IMG/VR virus record: IMGVR_UViG_3300036796_000044
Coordinates: 1 to 45,048 of that record
Origin: a virus
Lineage: Duplodnaviria; Caudoviricetes
DNA: 45,048 bases
Direction: 5' to 3' (one strand)
The notes beneath the pieces were generated by a model. That model was not told the DNA's origin, made no database searches, and worked only from the letters and a program-made list of their open reading frames with translations. Made by a program: the position numbers and the translations under genes. Positions 7,428-17,485 of the stretch are shown one piece after another. The first letter of the stretch is position 1. Each line of letters starts with the position of its first letter.

Positions 7428-10400
7428 TGTTCCTCCCCAGGTGGAGTGCCAAAGTCTGGCACGCCGTGCGGCGTAATATCTTGTATGGTGATGCGTCTAC
7501 CATACTCGGGATGCCTCGCTGTCATTTCGTCTTCGACGCGAGTAATTGCTGCATTGATCTCTCTTGCAGCCGCTTGCCTGTGACGCTCATACCAACTCCT
7601 AACCGCGAACGGGTCAGTATGGTCTATGCCGGCGTTTTTCAGTGCCTGCATCACATCCGGCCTTTCTTCTATGCGCCGCTTCCATGTGGGCAAGTTGCCG
7701 AAGTCGATGTACCGCATGGACTGAATGGCTTTGGAGTCCGAACTGTACCGATCCCATAGTGATTTGAATCCCATGCCTCCTCTGTCGAGACTATCTTTGT
7801 TGAAGCGCGCATCTAGCAGTGCAGCGAACTCTTTATAGAGTGGATTGGTTGCAGGTACTTGGTCTAGGCCAGGCGAATGCGGTGGTATCTGCGGTCCTAG
7901 CAGACGTGTTGCCATAGCTTCACCTGACGGACTTGTGGGCTTCGCTTTGGTTACGAACTGTTCTCCGGTCATTCCCCATTGATGATAGTATTGGAGAAGT
8001 CCTTTGATTGCCTGATCCCTGTTATACATTTCGTTTACCATTCGCGTGTTGCCAGCCGGTGGCGCAAACGTGTTGAAGGCATTGTTAAGCAAATCCGTGC
8101 GTTGTAGTTGCAGCTTGCCCATTTGTTTGAGGCTGTTCCCTAATGCGTTGGCATACCCGGTTTCGTCCGAGTGCTCATACGCTCCGAGTCCGGCCAGCCA
8201 CATATCAAGGATCGCAGGACTTACAGCCCTGGACAAGCTTTCGTTTAGCTGACTCATTACTTTGTTCGTATCGAATTGGTTCTGTTTACGCATGAAGGTG
8301 TCGCCGCCAATATCAGAAGCGCCTACGTTCTGGCCAAGCGTGTTTCCTAGCGGGCTGCGAAAGAATGCCCCGACGTTGCCTGGCGCGGACGCTCCTAGTG
8401 CCTCCATACCTGCTCCGAATAGTGGGTGTATTGGTGGCAGCACAACATCAAGTGCTGTCGCGAGCGCTGCCTTGGCATCCTGTGATTTAGACCAATGTGG
8501 CGCATTTGGGCCATGGTCATCGCTCCAGTAGTTGTCTCCGTATATGTGTGACATTATGGCTTCCATTCCCATCTTGGGAAAGACAAATTCCTGTGGCCAT
8601 GGCATCTCTATACCTTCTGCTGCGCGCCTTCCTGGCCATGCAATGTACAGGGACATGCCGCGCCTGTATTCGTTTCTGCCATAGAGTTGGTGACGTATGT
8701 ACGGAGTGCCTTCTGGGTCTACGCCCGCAGCCGAGTTCCACATATAGGTAAGCACTGGCGGCGCTATAACGGACGTGAGGGCCTTGAGAGCAAACTTGGC
8801 ACGGCTGCGCTTAGCTGACCTTGGAAATGCCTTTAGTCCTTGCATGGACATGTTATGCCATGGAGACAGTTCACGCAGCGTGTCGTGAGTGCCGACCCAT
8901 GCCTCGGCAACCTTCGCTCTAGCAGCTAGGCCCGCAGACATTGGGTCCTTGGTTTGGTACCTGATGAAATGGCCTTCCTGATTGCGCGCGGTACCGGACA
9001 CCAACGGATCGCCCACTAGCGCGTTTGCATCGGGTACGAGCTTATTGTACGTCGCATCCGTTATCTCTTCATGTGTCGCTGACGGTCCTAGCTCCTTTTG
9101 TGTCTGCTTGTATACGCGCCGGAAGTTCTTCTGCACGCTTGCTGTCTGTAGTGACTGATGCACATCGTTTAGAAAATTCCGGTAGGCGTGACCCAATGTT
9201 GCCAGTTGTCGAGTTCCTGGCCTGGTGCTCATGTCCTGCACCATGGCCCTCAATCGACTATGCGGATTGACCAAGGCGCTATCAGCACCGTATCGCATTA
9301 GTCCGATGGAGTGCGTACCTCTGGCTCGTATGTTCGCAACCGTGCTGCGCGCATACTGATTTGCTAGTATATTCGCTATGTGGTTTGAAGCGTTGTCACC
9401 AAAGGCGTGACGTAACCACCCTCCGCTAGTGGCGTCAAGTGAGTACGATGCGTGTTTGGCTAATCGTGCTAGCGAGGACGATCCTATAGCGTATCCCGTT
9501 CTGGCAAGCCCAGGGGGTCTCTTCGCATATCTCATCCCAGCAGAGTTTAATTTTGCGATGCGGTAGTTTCGAAGCGTATCCCTGACCGCAAAGTATGGTT
9601 GCAACAGCCCTGTTGTGCTGGCTACGAACACCCGCCTTGGAAAGCCTAACACTTTGCTTACTGTGCCCATACTGAAATGATCTGGCCCGAATCTAAGCAG
9701 GTCCTTCATCGTGGGATTGTCCGCGATAACATGCTGCCTCACGCCACGGCGATACATTCTTATATGACGGTTCTGGAGCGACTGCGAGATGTCTCCTGGT
9801 TTCACGAACTTGAACATGTGTTGGCCGCCGGGAGACTGTCGTATTGTATCAATAACCTTGCCGGTGGCTTGTTCGTTTATGGTTTGTCGTGCCTTTGCGG
9901 TCACGTACTCTATGGCTGCCTTGATGGGATCGGGACGGCGTATAGGCTCGCCCATAGCATTCCGGCCGTTGGGATACTTAAGGTATTCTGCACGCCGGCT
10001 CCTGCTGACCGGAACCTCGTTCGGATTGTACGCGTGTTTGTTAAGCTCCTCGCTCTTCGTCATAATCGAGTGCTCGCCCTCGGCCTGTCCTCGGCGCGAC
10101 TCTAGTATGTTCTCTCGGTAGTGACCACGTACGCGTGCCCAGTCTGGGTGGGCTTGTTCCGCACTGTTAAGGCTCTGTAGAATGTCGGCTTCCGTCTTGC
10201 CATGCACCATCGGAGGCCCAACTTGCGGATTTGCATTTGTCGCGGCTGTGCGCTTCCGTTGTATGTTTCGAACCTCATCGAGATCGCTATAGTCGTTCAG
10301 GTACTCTCTGAAACCTTTGTTCTTTCTGAAGTTCGCATACGCCTCGATCTTCCGCAGCGACACAGGCACTTTGAATTCGAAGTGCGGCGATATGGCGCGT

Positions 10401-13400
10401 CCTTCCTCAACTGCCGCATTCGCTAGAGACTGTGATTGTGAGCCGGTGTATTCCCTGAGCATGTCATGTAGCTCGTCTAGCACTTGAGGCGTCAATCCTG
10501 TCTTTGCCGCATACGAATCGATAGGGCCTATTCGGTCGTTGGCAAGAAGCGAATAGTCTTTGGGTGTGAAGTTCGCTTTCCATGTTAAAGACGCAGGCGC
10601 AGCAGTGGGTATCGCCGGTACGCTAGGCGGCGGTATGCTAGGCGGCGGTACGCTGGGCGGCGGCGCGACGGGTGGTGTTTGAGTCAAACTGGGCTGCGGC
10701 GTGCCGGGCATTGGAGGCAGGTTAGGAACCTGATTAGCCGGCACAACGTCCACAGGTATGGCTCTGGTGGCGGCAGGTGCCGGTATGGATACAGCGGCTG
10801 GTCCTGCAGGAGGCCGTATAATAGGCGGTGCTTGTCGTTGCGTTCCTGGTGCAGGCTGCGGAAGCACTGGAGGTTCTGTGCGCTGAGTAACGTCTGCGGC
10901 TTGCACCTCGGCAGCACGACGGGCAGCGACAGCCCTAGGATTCATTCCGAGTGCACGTGGATTTGTTGCGAATGCACGAGCGTTCGGTGGAGGCACCGGA
11001 GGAGCGGCCGGCGGCGGTGGTATTTGGGGAGCAGGCGGCAGTTTGGTCGGTGCAGCCGCCTGCACGGGAGGCTGTGTCTCACGTAATGCAAGAAGCTCTC
11101 CGACAGGACTTAACCCTTTGGTAGCCAGTGGAGGCGCTACGGGTGCCTCGGCCGCAGGAGGTGGTGCGGCGGCGGTAGGCTTCTCGAATGTAGGTTCCAG
11201 GCGGACGAACTTTCCAGTCGCAGGGTCTTTCGGATGCACAGGCATTCCAGGCCGCTCGACGAACTGTCCTGAAGTGTCTCTAGGAAGCTCTGGCATTATT
11301 ATCTTGCCGCCAGCCGAGCCAAGCCCTGTAGGTGTCCTGAATGGCGTGGTTGCTCCTATTGTAGCCTGTGCTGCCTCATTGGCCCAGTCTATTGCTTCCT
11401 GTTCGCGAGTTCCGCCAAGCATATGGCTGATATCGCCGTGGTAAGCCTCTTCTGCCATTCGTCCCGGAGTCATGGCGGTTTCGTATGCACCTTGCGCCAT
11501 GCGTGACGGAAGGCCAGCAATTGCCATACCGACTCGCGCCCCGGTGCTCGCCGCGCCTTCTGGAGGCACTTCTCCAAGCGCCAACGCTTTGGCAATCTGT
11601 GTTCCAGTATTATCAGATAGATGGTCTTGCACATGCGTCATGGACTTCTGGTTCTCGCCGCTCATGTGACTAAGCGGCTTTATCTCTCCGTTCGCAAATC
11701 GTTGCAGGAACTCTGGCGACTGCGCTATGCCCTTCGTCATGCCAATGGTAGGGTCTAGTGCTGCATCGAATGCCTGCACATTTTGCGGCTGCCCGTCAGC
11801 GCCGATCACTGTGTGAGTCAAACTCGGCATATCGGTTGGCAGCATGGCACTGGCCATCCACCACGGGAGAAGGTCAGCGTCCGACGGCGTTGTAGCAGGC
11901 TGTAAGTCTACAGGCGGCACCGGAGGCAACGGCGACACAGGCGCTTGCGGCTGCATAGGACGCTTTAGCTGATCCAGGTATTCGCGCATCGCCGCCACGT
12001 CCTGATCTTCTTGTGGCGGTCCAGCTTCCTCCGGCTGTTGAATCGGTTCGTCAGGCGCACCGGCTATGTTTACGCTGGCCACCTGATACGGTAGCTCGGG
12101 TGATGCATCCGTCATGGTTCCGGTGTCACGTGCTGCATACCGGATAGGCGCTGCCTTACCGCCCATCATCGATGCGACCCATTTCGCATCGGCATTCTCT
12201 TGGACGAAACGTTCGCCGGTACGTGGATCAAATGCCACAGGCGCACCGCCGGAATGCACGCTGCCGCTCTCGTTGCCTGTAGCAAAGTTACTGACGTTTG
12301 AGCCGCGCAGTGCATTCTGTATGTAACCGTTGATACGTCCTTGTTGATCCGGCCCAAAGCCTTCGCCAAGCTTTCTTATGGTTGTGTCAGGGTAGTAGCC
12401 GCGCTGGCCAGTCACGGGATCGATTTGAGAATGGGCGCTCGTAAGAGCCTGATTCAGCGTCATGCCACGCGACGCAGCGCGATTCATCACCGACTCGATG
12501 TACGCCTGCTCGGCTCGCGGTCCCTGCCCGCCGACTTCTGCGTTGACCGAAGCTGCAAATAATCGCCGCGTATTGGGATCAGCAAGCTCTTGGCTGAATT
12601 GCGCCTGCCGCAACTGCATTAGATTGTTTGCAGATGCTGGAGCCGTTGCACCGCCATATGGCCCAGGAGCGCCAGCAGCGCCAGCACCAGGACCAGGAAT
12701 ACTACCGCTAGGACCAGCCGCCCCTGATCGCCCTCCAGCCATCTGGATATGCACAGGGTCGCGTTGGAATGCGCTGCCTTTAAGGAACTCCAGCCCGTAA
12801 CGACCCGCATTCTGATGCAGGTAATCCAGCACCGGACCCTTGCGTATATCTGCCGCCAGACCTTGTTCATGAAGGCTGCGTCCGGGCGGAGCGGCCAACC
12901 CGCCCGTGTTGTTTGGATTCGGCTGGTACGTGGTTCCTCCGAAGGTGACGGGGTGTCTGGTGTAGTCTGCATAGTATTGTGCCTGTATTTCTGCTGGTCG
13001 GTATAGATCGGATAGTGAAGCTTTGGACCCTGTAGCTGATTCGGCAGCTTGTATTGCCTGTGTTAGCCTGTTCGCAAAGGTTGGATTGAGAAACTGCGCA
13101 TTGAGATCAGTGCCGCGACTGAGCAAATATTGATAAGGCTGTACTGCACCCGCAGGCGATGGCATGTTCTGTACAGGTGGAGGAGGCGTGTTCGATGCAG
13201 CAACGGCATACGGCTGCTGTGTTGGTGGAGCAGGCGGCGGTGTGTAAGCAGCCGGAGATAGCGCTTGTAATGTCTCGGCGGGGGATGCCTGCATACCTTG
13301 CAAGTTTCCCATCGGCTGCATTGGTAGCGGCATGGGCGGCGGCGGCACCATGCCGATAGTAGCCCCCTGTGGGCCTTCCTGTGGAGATGCCAGCATGACG

Positions 13401-13558
13401 GCATCCTCCAGTGGAATGTGTTCATCCTGCGGCGGTGGAGGAACGAAAGGTGCAGCCGTAGACGGTAGCGGCTCCGGCTGCAACCCGTACTTCTGGTCGT
13501 CGTCCTGTGTGTCGTCTTGCGGTGCAAGGCTTTCGAGTTCGTCGATGTCATCGGCCAT
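7424..13558 (-). CDS. giant internal virion / DNA ejection protein with M15-like peptidase and SleB-like cell-wall hydrolase domains
   Basis: 2044 aa at the end of the virion module. LYR..Q..APPGRSLHEQGLAADI..DPVHIQ is M15-like; AEVGGQ..AYIESVMNRA is Hydrolase_2-like. Pro-rich linkers. Confidence 0.75.
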   Translation of the reverse strand: MADDIDELESLAPQDDTQDDDQKYGLQPEPLPSTAAPFVPPPPQDEHIPLEDAVMLASPQEGPQGATIGMVPPPPMPLPMQPMGNLQGMQASPAETLQALSPAAYTPPPAPPTQQPYAVAASNTPPPPVQNMPSPAGAVQPYQYLLSRGTDLNAQFLNPTFANRLTQAIQAAESATGSKASLSDLYRPAEIQAQYYADYTRHPVTFGGTTYQPNPNNTGGLAAPPGRSLHEQGLAADIRKGPVLDYLHQNAGRYGLEFLKGSAFQRDPVHIQMAGGRSGAAGPSGSIPGPGAGAAGAPGPYGGATAPASANNLMQLRQAQFSQELADPNTRRLFAASVNAEVGGQGPRAEQAYIESVMNRAASRGMTLNQALTSAHSQIDPVTGQRGYYPDTTIRKLGEGFGPDQQGRINGYIQNALRGSNVSNFATGNESGSVHSGGAPVAFDPRTGERFVQENADAKWVASMMGGKAAPIRYAARDTGTMTDASPELPYQVASVNIAGAPDEPIQQPEEAGPPQEDQDVAAMREYLDQLKRPMQPQAPVSPLPPVPPVDLQPATTPSDADLLPWWMASAMLPTDMPSLTHTVIGADGQPQNVQAFDAALDPTIGMTKGIAQSPEFLQRFANGEIKPLSHMSGENQKSMTHVQDHLSDNTGTQIAKALALGEVPPEGAASTGARVGMAIAGLPSRMAQGAYETAMTPGRMAEEAYHGDISHMLGGTREQEAIDWANEAAQATIGATTPFRTPTGLGSAGGKIIMPELPRDTSGQFVERPGMPVHPKDPATGKFVRLEPTFEKPTAAAPPPAAEAPVAPPLATKGLSPVGELLALRETQPPVQAAAPTKLPPAPQIPPPPAAPPVPPPNARAFATNPRALGMNPRAVAARRAAEVQAADVTQRTEPPVLPQPAPGTQRQAPPIIRPPAGPAAVSIPAPAATRAIPVDVVPANQVPNLPPMPGTPQPSLTQTPPVAPPPSVPPPSIPPPSVPAIPTAAPASLTWKANFTPKDYSLLANDRIGPIDSYAAKTGLTPQVLDELHDMLREYTGSQSQSLANAAVEEGRAISPHFEFKVPVSLRKIEAYANFRKNKGFREYLNDYSDLDEVRNIQRKRTAATNANPQVGPPMVHGKTEADILQSLNSAEQAHPDWARVRGHYRENILESRRGQAEGEHSIMTKSEELNKHAYNPNEVPVSRSRRAEYLKYPNGRNAMGEPIRRPDPIKAAIEYVTAKARQTINEQATGKVIDTIRQSPGGQHMFKFVKPGDISQSLQNRHIRMYRRGVRQHVIADNPTMKDLLRFGPDHFSMGTVSKVLGFPRRVFVASTTGLLQPYFAVRDTLRNYRIAKLNSAGMRYAKRPPGLARTGYAIGSSSLARLAKHASYSLDATSGGWLRHAFGDNASNHIANILANQYARSTVANIRARGTHSIGLMRYGADSALVNPHSRLRAMVQDMSTRPGTRQLATLGHAYRNFLNDVHQSLQTASVQKNFRRVYKQTQKELGPSATHEEITDATYNKLVPDANALVGDPLVSGTARNQEGHFIRYQTKDPMSAGLAARAKVAEAWVGTHDTLRELSPWHNMSMQGLKAFPRSAKRSRAKFALKALTSVIAPPVLTYMWNSAAGVDPEGTPYIRHQLYGRNEYRRGMSLYIAWPGRRAAEGIEMPWPQEFVFPKMGMEAIMSHIYGDNYWSDDHGPNAPHWSKSQDAKAALATALDVVLPPIHPLFGAGMEALGASAPGNVGAFFRSPLGNTLGQNVGASDIGGDTFMRKQNQFDTNKVMSQLNESLSRAVSPAILDMWLAGLGAYEHSDETGYANALGNSLKQMGKLQLQRTDLLNNAFNTFAPPAGNTRMVNEMYNRDQAIKGLLQYYHQWGMTGEQFVTKAKPTSPSGEAMATRLLGPQIPPHSPGLDQVPATNPLYKEFAALLDARFNKDSLDRGGMGFKSLWDRYSSDSKAIQSMRYIDFGNLPTWKRRIEERPDVMQALKNAGIDHTDPFAVRSWYERHRQAAAREINAAITRVEDEMTARHPEYGRRITIQDITPHGVPDFGTPPGEEQ

Positions 13559-13584
13559 CTGTTTGACTCACACAGGCTTGGGGT

Positions 13585-14109
13585 TCAGTATCCGCCACGC
13601 GGCTTCTTGCCCATCTGCTGCTGGGCCATCGCAAGCTCGTCCTCGGTGGACATGGGCTGGATCGAGCCCTGCGATGACGGCTGCGGTGGGCCATTGCCTG
13701 AGAACGCACCGGGAGGCGGTCCACCCATTCCACCACCGCGAGGCGGCGGGGGTCTTCGGCCTAGTCCTGGAGGCGGCATACCACCACCGCCGGGAGGCAT
13801 AGGCATACCACCACCGCCACCAGGAGGCATACCGCCGCCGCCGCCCATGCGACCCAGCAGCATAGGCAGGAACCGCTGGGCAAGCTGTGGAATGATTGAC
13901 GGATTGGCCGCAGCGGCTTGCACCACTTGCGGAGGGATCATCTTCATGATCTGCTGGAGCATTCCCGGCGGGACGCTCGACGCTAGCTGGGCTAACCCTG
14001 GGGGCATTCCTCCACCTGCTCCGGGCGGCATTCCTTGTGGAGGCATTCCGCCGCCTGGAGGCATTCCTCGTGGCGGCGCACCGCCTCCGCTTGGGGGCAT
14101 CATTGTCAT
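13585..14109 (-). CDS. Gly/Pro/Met-rich low-complexity protein
   Basis: AGGAG RBS upstream of ATG 14109; GMPPGGG repeats. Confidence 0.65.
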   Translation of the reverse strand: MTMMPPSGGGAPPRGMPPGGGMPPQGMPPGAGGGMPPGLAQLASSVPPGMLQQIMKMIPPQVVQAAAANPSIIPQLAQRFLPMLLGRMGGGGGMPPGGGGGMPMPPGGGGMPPPGLGRRPPPPRGGGMGGPPPGAFSGNGPPQPSSQGSIQPMSTEDELAMAQQQMGKKPRGGY

Positions 14110-14121
14110 AGTGCTCTCCTT

Positions 14122-14328
14122 TCACTCTTGGTTGAGTTGGCTCATGATCTTGTTAAGTACGCTGGCTCGAAAGTCCGGCATCTTTCCTGACGATGCACGC
14201 TCCGGAAGCCCTTTGTACGCTGTCGGAGGCGTCTTGGCTATGAAGTCGCGGGCAACGACACCTGTCTCACCTGAATCACCTTGATGCGCATACATGAATC
14301 TTTGCTGCGCCTTGGAGACTATTGGCAT
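14122..14328 (-). CDS. small phage protein (MPxxSKAQQR type)
   Basis: GGAGG RBS. MPIVSKAQQRFMYA..KGLPER resembles a small phage protein family recalled from memory. Confidence 0.7.
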   Translation of the reverse strand: MPIVSKAQQRFMYAHQGDSGETGVVARDFIAKTPPTAYKGLPERASSGKMPDFRASVLNKIMSQLNQE

Positions 14329-14337
14329 GTGGTCCTC

Positions 14338-15441
14338 CTATGCAAAGCCTGAATCGCTAGTCCATCCGGTCGAGTCGCCGCCGTAGGAATTCCAGGCGTC
14401 CTGCTGCGGCGGCCCAACTCCTCCAGCGAACGGATTCGAATAATCGCCAGACACGTATGGGATCGCTGGATACGAAGGTGTTGTATCGGTGTATCCTACT
14501 CCAGGGTCCTGCCCAGCCGTCGTATTCGGCACAAGTCCATACTGCGACTGCTGATTACTACTACGCCCGCCGCCGCCGCCGCCACCGCCACCGAACTTGA
14601 TGCCGCTTAGGTTGGGAGACTGCCCGACAGCCCTGCCATAGGCGTCGTATGCGCTACCGACCGCCGACGCTCCCGATGCCATAGCCGACTGGATCGCCTG
14701 TGCTTGTTGTCCTTCGATTGCGTTAAGCTCTTGAGGAACGGTTGAGTACGGATTTGGTGCACTAGACATGCCGCCGGCCATCGTCTTCTGCAACTGGTCC
14801 AGTAGCGGAAGGTAGTGTTGCTGGCGCTGCTGAACGTCCTGCGCGTATTGTGGTATCGATTCTTGGTATGCTTTGGTTAGATTGGCGCCAATGTTCTGGC
14901 CTTGCGCATCGTCCATTGATTTGATAAACGTTGCGTAGTCTGCGCCACGTCCCTGCCGGAGCAACGTGCGCCCAATTGCTTGTCTGTCTCCGCCGACTGC
15001 ATCTTGATTCGCAAGCGACATTAACGAGAACAGCTTGTCTTCATCGGCTGCACGGCTTGGTGCCTGATCGTAGCGGAAGCCGGCAAGAGCCTTCTGGTAG
15101 TCTGGGATCGCCTCAAGGCCGCGCTGGCGTTGCTCTTCGAGGATCAATCTGTTGCGTGTAGCGTCCTCGGTTAGCTGCTTCAATTGCTGTTGCTCGCCTG
15201 CGCCGACGATGCTTCTCTGTGTTGGCGTCAGGTCTGTTTCCCATGTATTCGTTGCTTGATTGTATCGCTGTGTATTGCCATAGGCATCGGTGCGCGTTGC
15301 CGACGCCATGCGTTGCTGTTGCCGAGCCATCTGCTGCTGGAAGCGCAAGTTCATAAGTTGGATTTGCGCTTGCTCCTGCTGGGCACTGTATTGTAGCCCT
15401 GCACCGATTAGACCAACAAGGGCACCTGCGATCTCGGCCAT
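14338..15441 (-). CDS. internal virion / DNA pilot-like protein
   Basis: Hydrophobic Gly/Ala N-terminus (IAGALVGLIGAGL), Gln/Ala-rich helical body, position in the ejection module. Confidence 0.6.
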   Translation of the reverse strand: MAEIAGALVGLIGAGLQYSAQQEQAQIQLMNLRFQQQMARQQQRMASATRTDAYGNTQRYNQATNTWETDLTPTQRSIVGAGEQQQLKQLTEDATRNRLILEEQRQRGLEAIPDYQKALAGFRYDQAPSRAADEDKLFSLMSLANQDAVGGDRQAIGRTLLRQGRGADYATFIKSMDDAQGQNIGANLTKAYQESIPQYAQDVQQRQQHYLPLLDQLQKTMAGGMSSAPNPYSTVPQELNAIEGQQAQAIQSAMASGASAVGSAYDAYGRAVGQSPNLSGIKFGGGGGGGGGRSSNQQSQYGLVPNTTAGQDPGVGYTDTTPSYPAIPYVSGDYSNPFAGGVGPPQQDAWNSYGGDSTGWTSDSGFA

Positions 15442-16541
15442 TATGCTGTCTCCTCTTCGGCATCATCAGGCAGCGGCTCGTATCGCATGTCGCCAGTCTG
15501 TGGTCCACGTGGATCGTTGAATGACTGCGGCCCAACAGGCGGAGCGCTAGGAGTGGCTTGCCCAGGCTCGGTCCCTCCGAACGCGGGAGTGCGCGTGCCT
15601 GTCCACAGATTCTTCAGCGTGTCTAGCACGGCACCAATTGTTCCTCCTGATGCTGCGGGTGGCGGCACAGGCGGCGCAGTAACCAGTGGTGCAGAAGGCG
15701 TAGGTACAGGGGATACAGGGTTTTGATTGTATGATGTGGGCGGTGCACTTGGAGCCACGGCAGCAGCAGGAGCCGCAGCAGCAGCAGGAGTCTGTTGATT
15801 GTATATGGCCTGACTGTTTACCTGCGGAGTAATGACGTTGGTCATCGGTGTCTTACCCTGTGCACCGTACTTTTGGTACTCGTCGAAAGACAGCGGCGGC
15901 TGCTGCATCAACGCTCTTTGGTCGTTATTCGTTTGCCATTTAAGCATTAACGCACGGACGCCAGCCGGTGTTGTTGGCTGTTTCGCCATGACCCTGCCGG
16001 TCGCGGGATCGAATAGTGGCTGACCGCCTTGAGATGGTACGTAGACCGGAGCAACCGCAGCAGCCGCAGGTGCGGATGTGGCAGGTGTGTACGTGGTCGT
16101 CCCGGTAGTAGAAGCAGGCCACGCACCGGCTGCGGGACGAGCAGGCGCGCCTGCTGTACCAGGCATGGCAATTATAGGAGGTGTGTTGGCCGGCAGTAGA
16201 CCTTGAGCTATCATGTTGTTCTGCACTATTTGCGCCTTGTACGCAGCGGCTTGATTGGTTCTGTTGAGACGCTCCTGCACACCGGCAGGAGTATCCCATT
16301 GGCTCGCATAGCGATGCTTTCCGCCAAGCGTTGTATAGCCTCCACCCGCACCGGGTGTTACACCAGGTGTTACGGTGCCATCTGCTGCTGTCGTTGGCGC
16401 ACCAGGCAGCATCTGTATCCTCCCAGGCAATTTCACAATTGTATAGCCTGGGATATTCTGCTCGATCTTATCGTCACGGCTCCCGAATATATTGCCGAAC
16501 GGATCGCCGCTGCCACCTCCACCTGTTGCTGGTCCTGACAT
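15441..16541 (-). CDS. putative internal virion protein, Pro/Ala/Thr-rich
   Basis: AGGAG RBS before ATG 16541; TAATG coupling to the next gene. Confidence 0.6.
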   Translation of the reverse strand: MSGPATGGGGSGDPFGNIFGSRDDKIEQNIPGYTIVKLPGRIQMLPGAPTTAADGTVTPGVTPGAGGGYTTLGGKHRYASQWDTPAGVQERLNRTNQAAAYKAQIVQNNMIAQGLLPANTPPIIAMPGTAGAPARPAAGAWPASTTGTTTYTPATSAPAAAAVAPVYVPSQGGQPLFDPATGRVMAKQPTTPAGVRALMLKWQTNNDQRALMQQPPLSFDEYQKYGAQGKTPMTNVITPQVNSQAIYNQQTPAAAAAPAAAVAPSAPPTSYNQNPVSPVPTPSAPLVTAPPVPPPAASGGTIGAVLDTLKNLWTGTRTPAFGGTEPGQATPSAPPVGPQSFNDPRGPQTGDMRYEPLPDDAEEETA

Positions 16542-16573
16542 GGGACGCTCCTGTGTGTGAGTCAAACAGCGGA

Positions 16574-17485
16574 TCAGAACACGGAGGAAGTGTCAGTATT
16601 CTGCTTCTGGTTCGCCTGTGCGTTCGGGTCAACGACTCCTTGCTGGGCTGTTGGATCGAAGGGCAGGTTCTGGGCTCCTTGTCCGGCTCCTGCGATAGCG
16701 GCCAAGCCTGTAGTATTGAAGAGGTTAGCCGATCCGATTTTACCACGGAGGGTTGTTCCGAGGTTAGTGATGAAGTCGCTGAACTGCTTGTCTGCGGAAC
16801 TGCCGTAAGTGTTTGGATCGAAGGTGTCGCCAAGCTTGAGAGTTGAGGCCTGGGTACGTGCCTGATTTGCGACATCGCGTAGAGACTGCTGCTCAGTGGC
16901 AACAGTACCAGTGCCAATCTCGTTAAGCTTCGCCAGCACACCAGGATTCTGACGGTCGAGTTCCGCCTCAGCGGCGCTCTGACCTGCTGGGGTGATAACA
17001 CCACGGGATAGCATGTTCTGAATGATTGCATCTGCGCTCTGGCGTTGCTCTGTGTCGATGCCCTGAATGTATGGATCGACGGTTTGCATGTTGATACGCT
17101 GCGTTTCGAAGTTGCCGGGGAACAGCTTGTCAAGCTGCTGATTTGCTCTGGCCTGGGCTCCGGTAGTCTCCTGATTGTAGATGCGAGCGCCAACGTCCTG
17201 AAACGCCGCACCAGGATTCGGATCAGTTGGCGAGATGCCAGCAAGGATGCTCGAAATCTGTGAGTCGATATCGGTTGCATATTGTGAAGGGTCGAGCCCC
17301 TGTTGCGAGAAGTAGTCTTTTGCCGATGCCGTTCCGCCTGCTGCCGAGCTTGTGCGTAGTGCCAAGAGGTCGGCCTTGTCCTGTGCAGCCTTCGCATCGG
17401 CCGCAGCTTGGGCCTTCGCGGCAGCCGCTTCTTGCATCTGTTCAACTGCTAGGCTGTTATCTGGAGGCATACTCGGTGCTGACAT
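16574..17485 (-). CDS. putative internal virion protein
   Basis: Gln/Ala-rich helical protein following the GNAT gene, as in many podoviruses. Confidence 0.6.
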   Translation of the reverse strand: MSAPSMPPDNSLAVEQMQEAAAAKAQAAADAKAAQDKADLLALRTSSAAGGTASAKDYFSQQGLDPSQYATDIDSQISSILAGISPTDPNPGAAFQDVGARIYNQETTGAQARANQQLDKLFPGNFETQRINMQTVDPYIQGIDTEQRQSADAIIQNMLSRGVITPAGQSAAEAELDRQNPGVLAKLNEIGTGTVATEQQSLRDVANQARTQASTLKLGDTFDPNTYGSSADKQFSDFITNLGTTLRGKIGSANLFNTTGLAAIAGAGQGAQNLPFDPTAQQGVVDPNAQANQKQNTDTSSVF

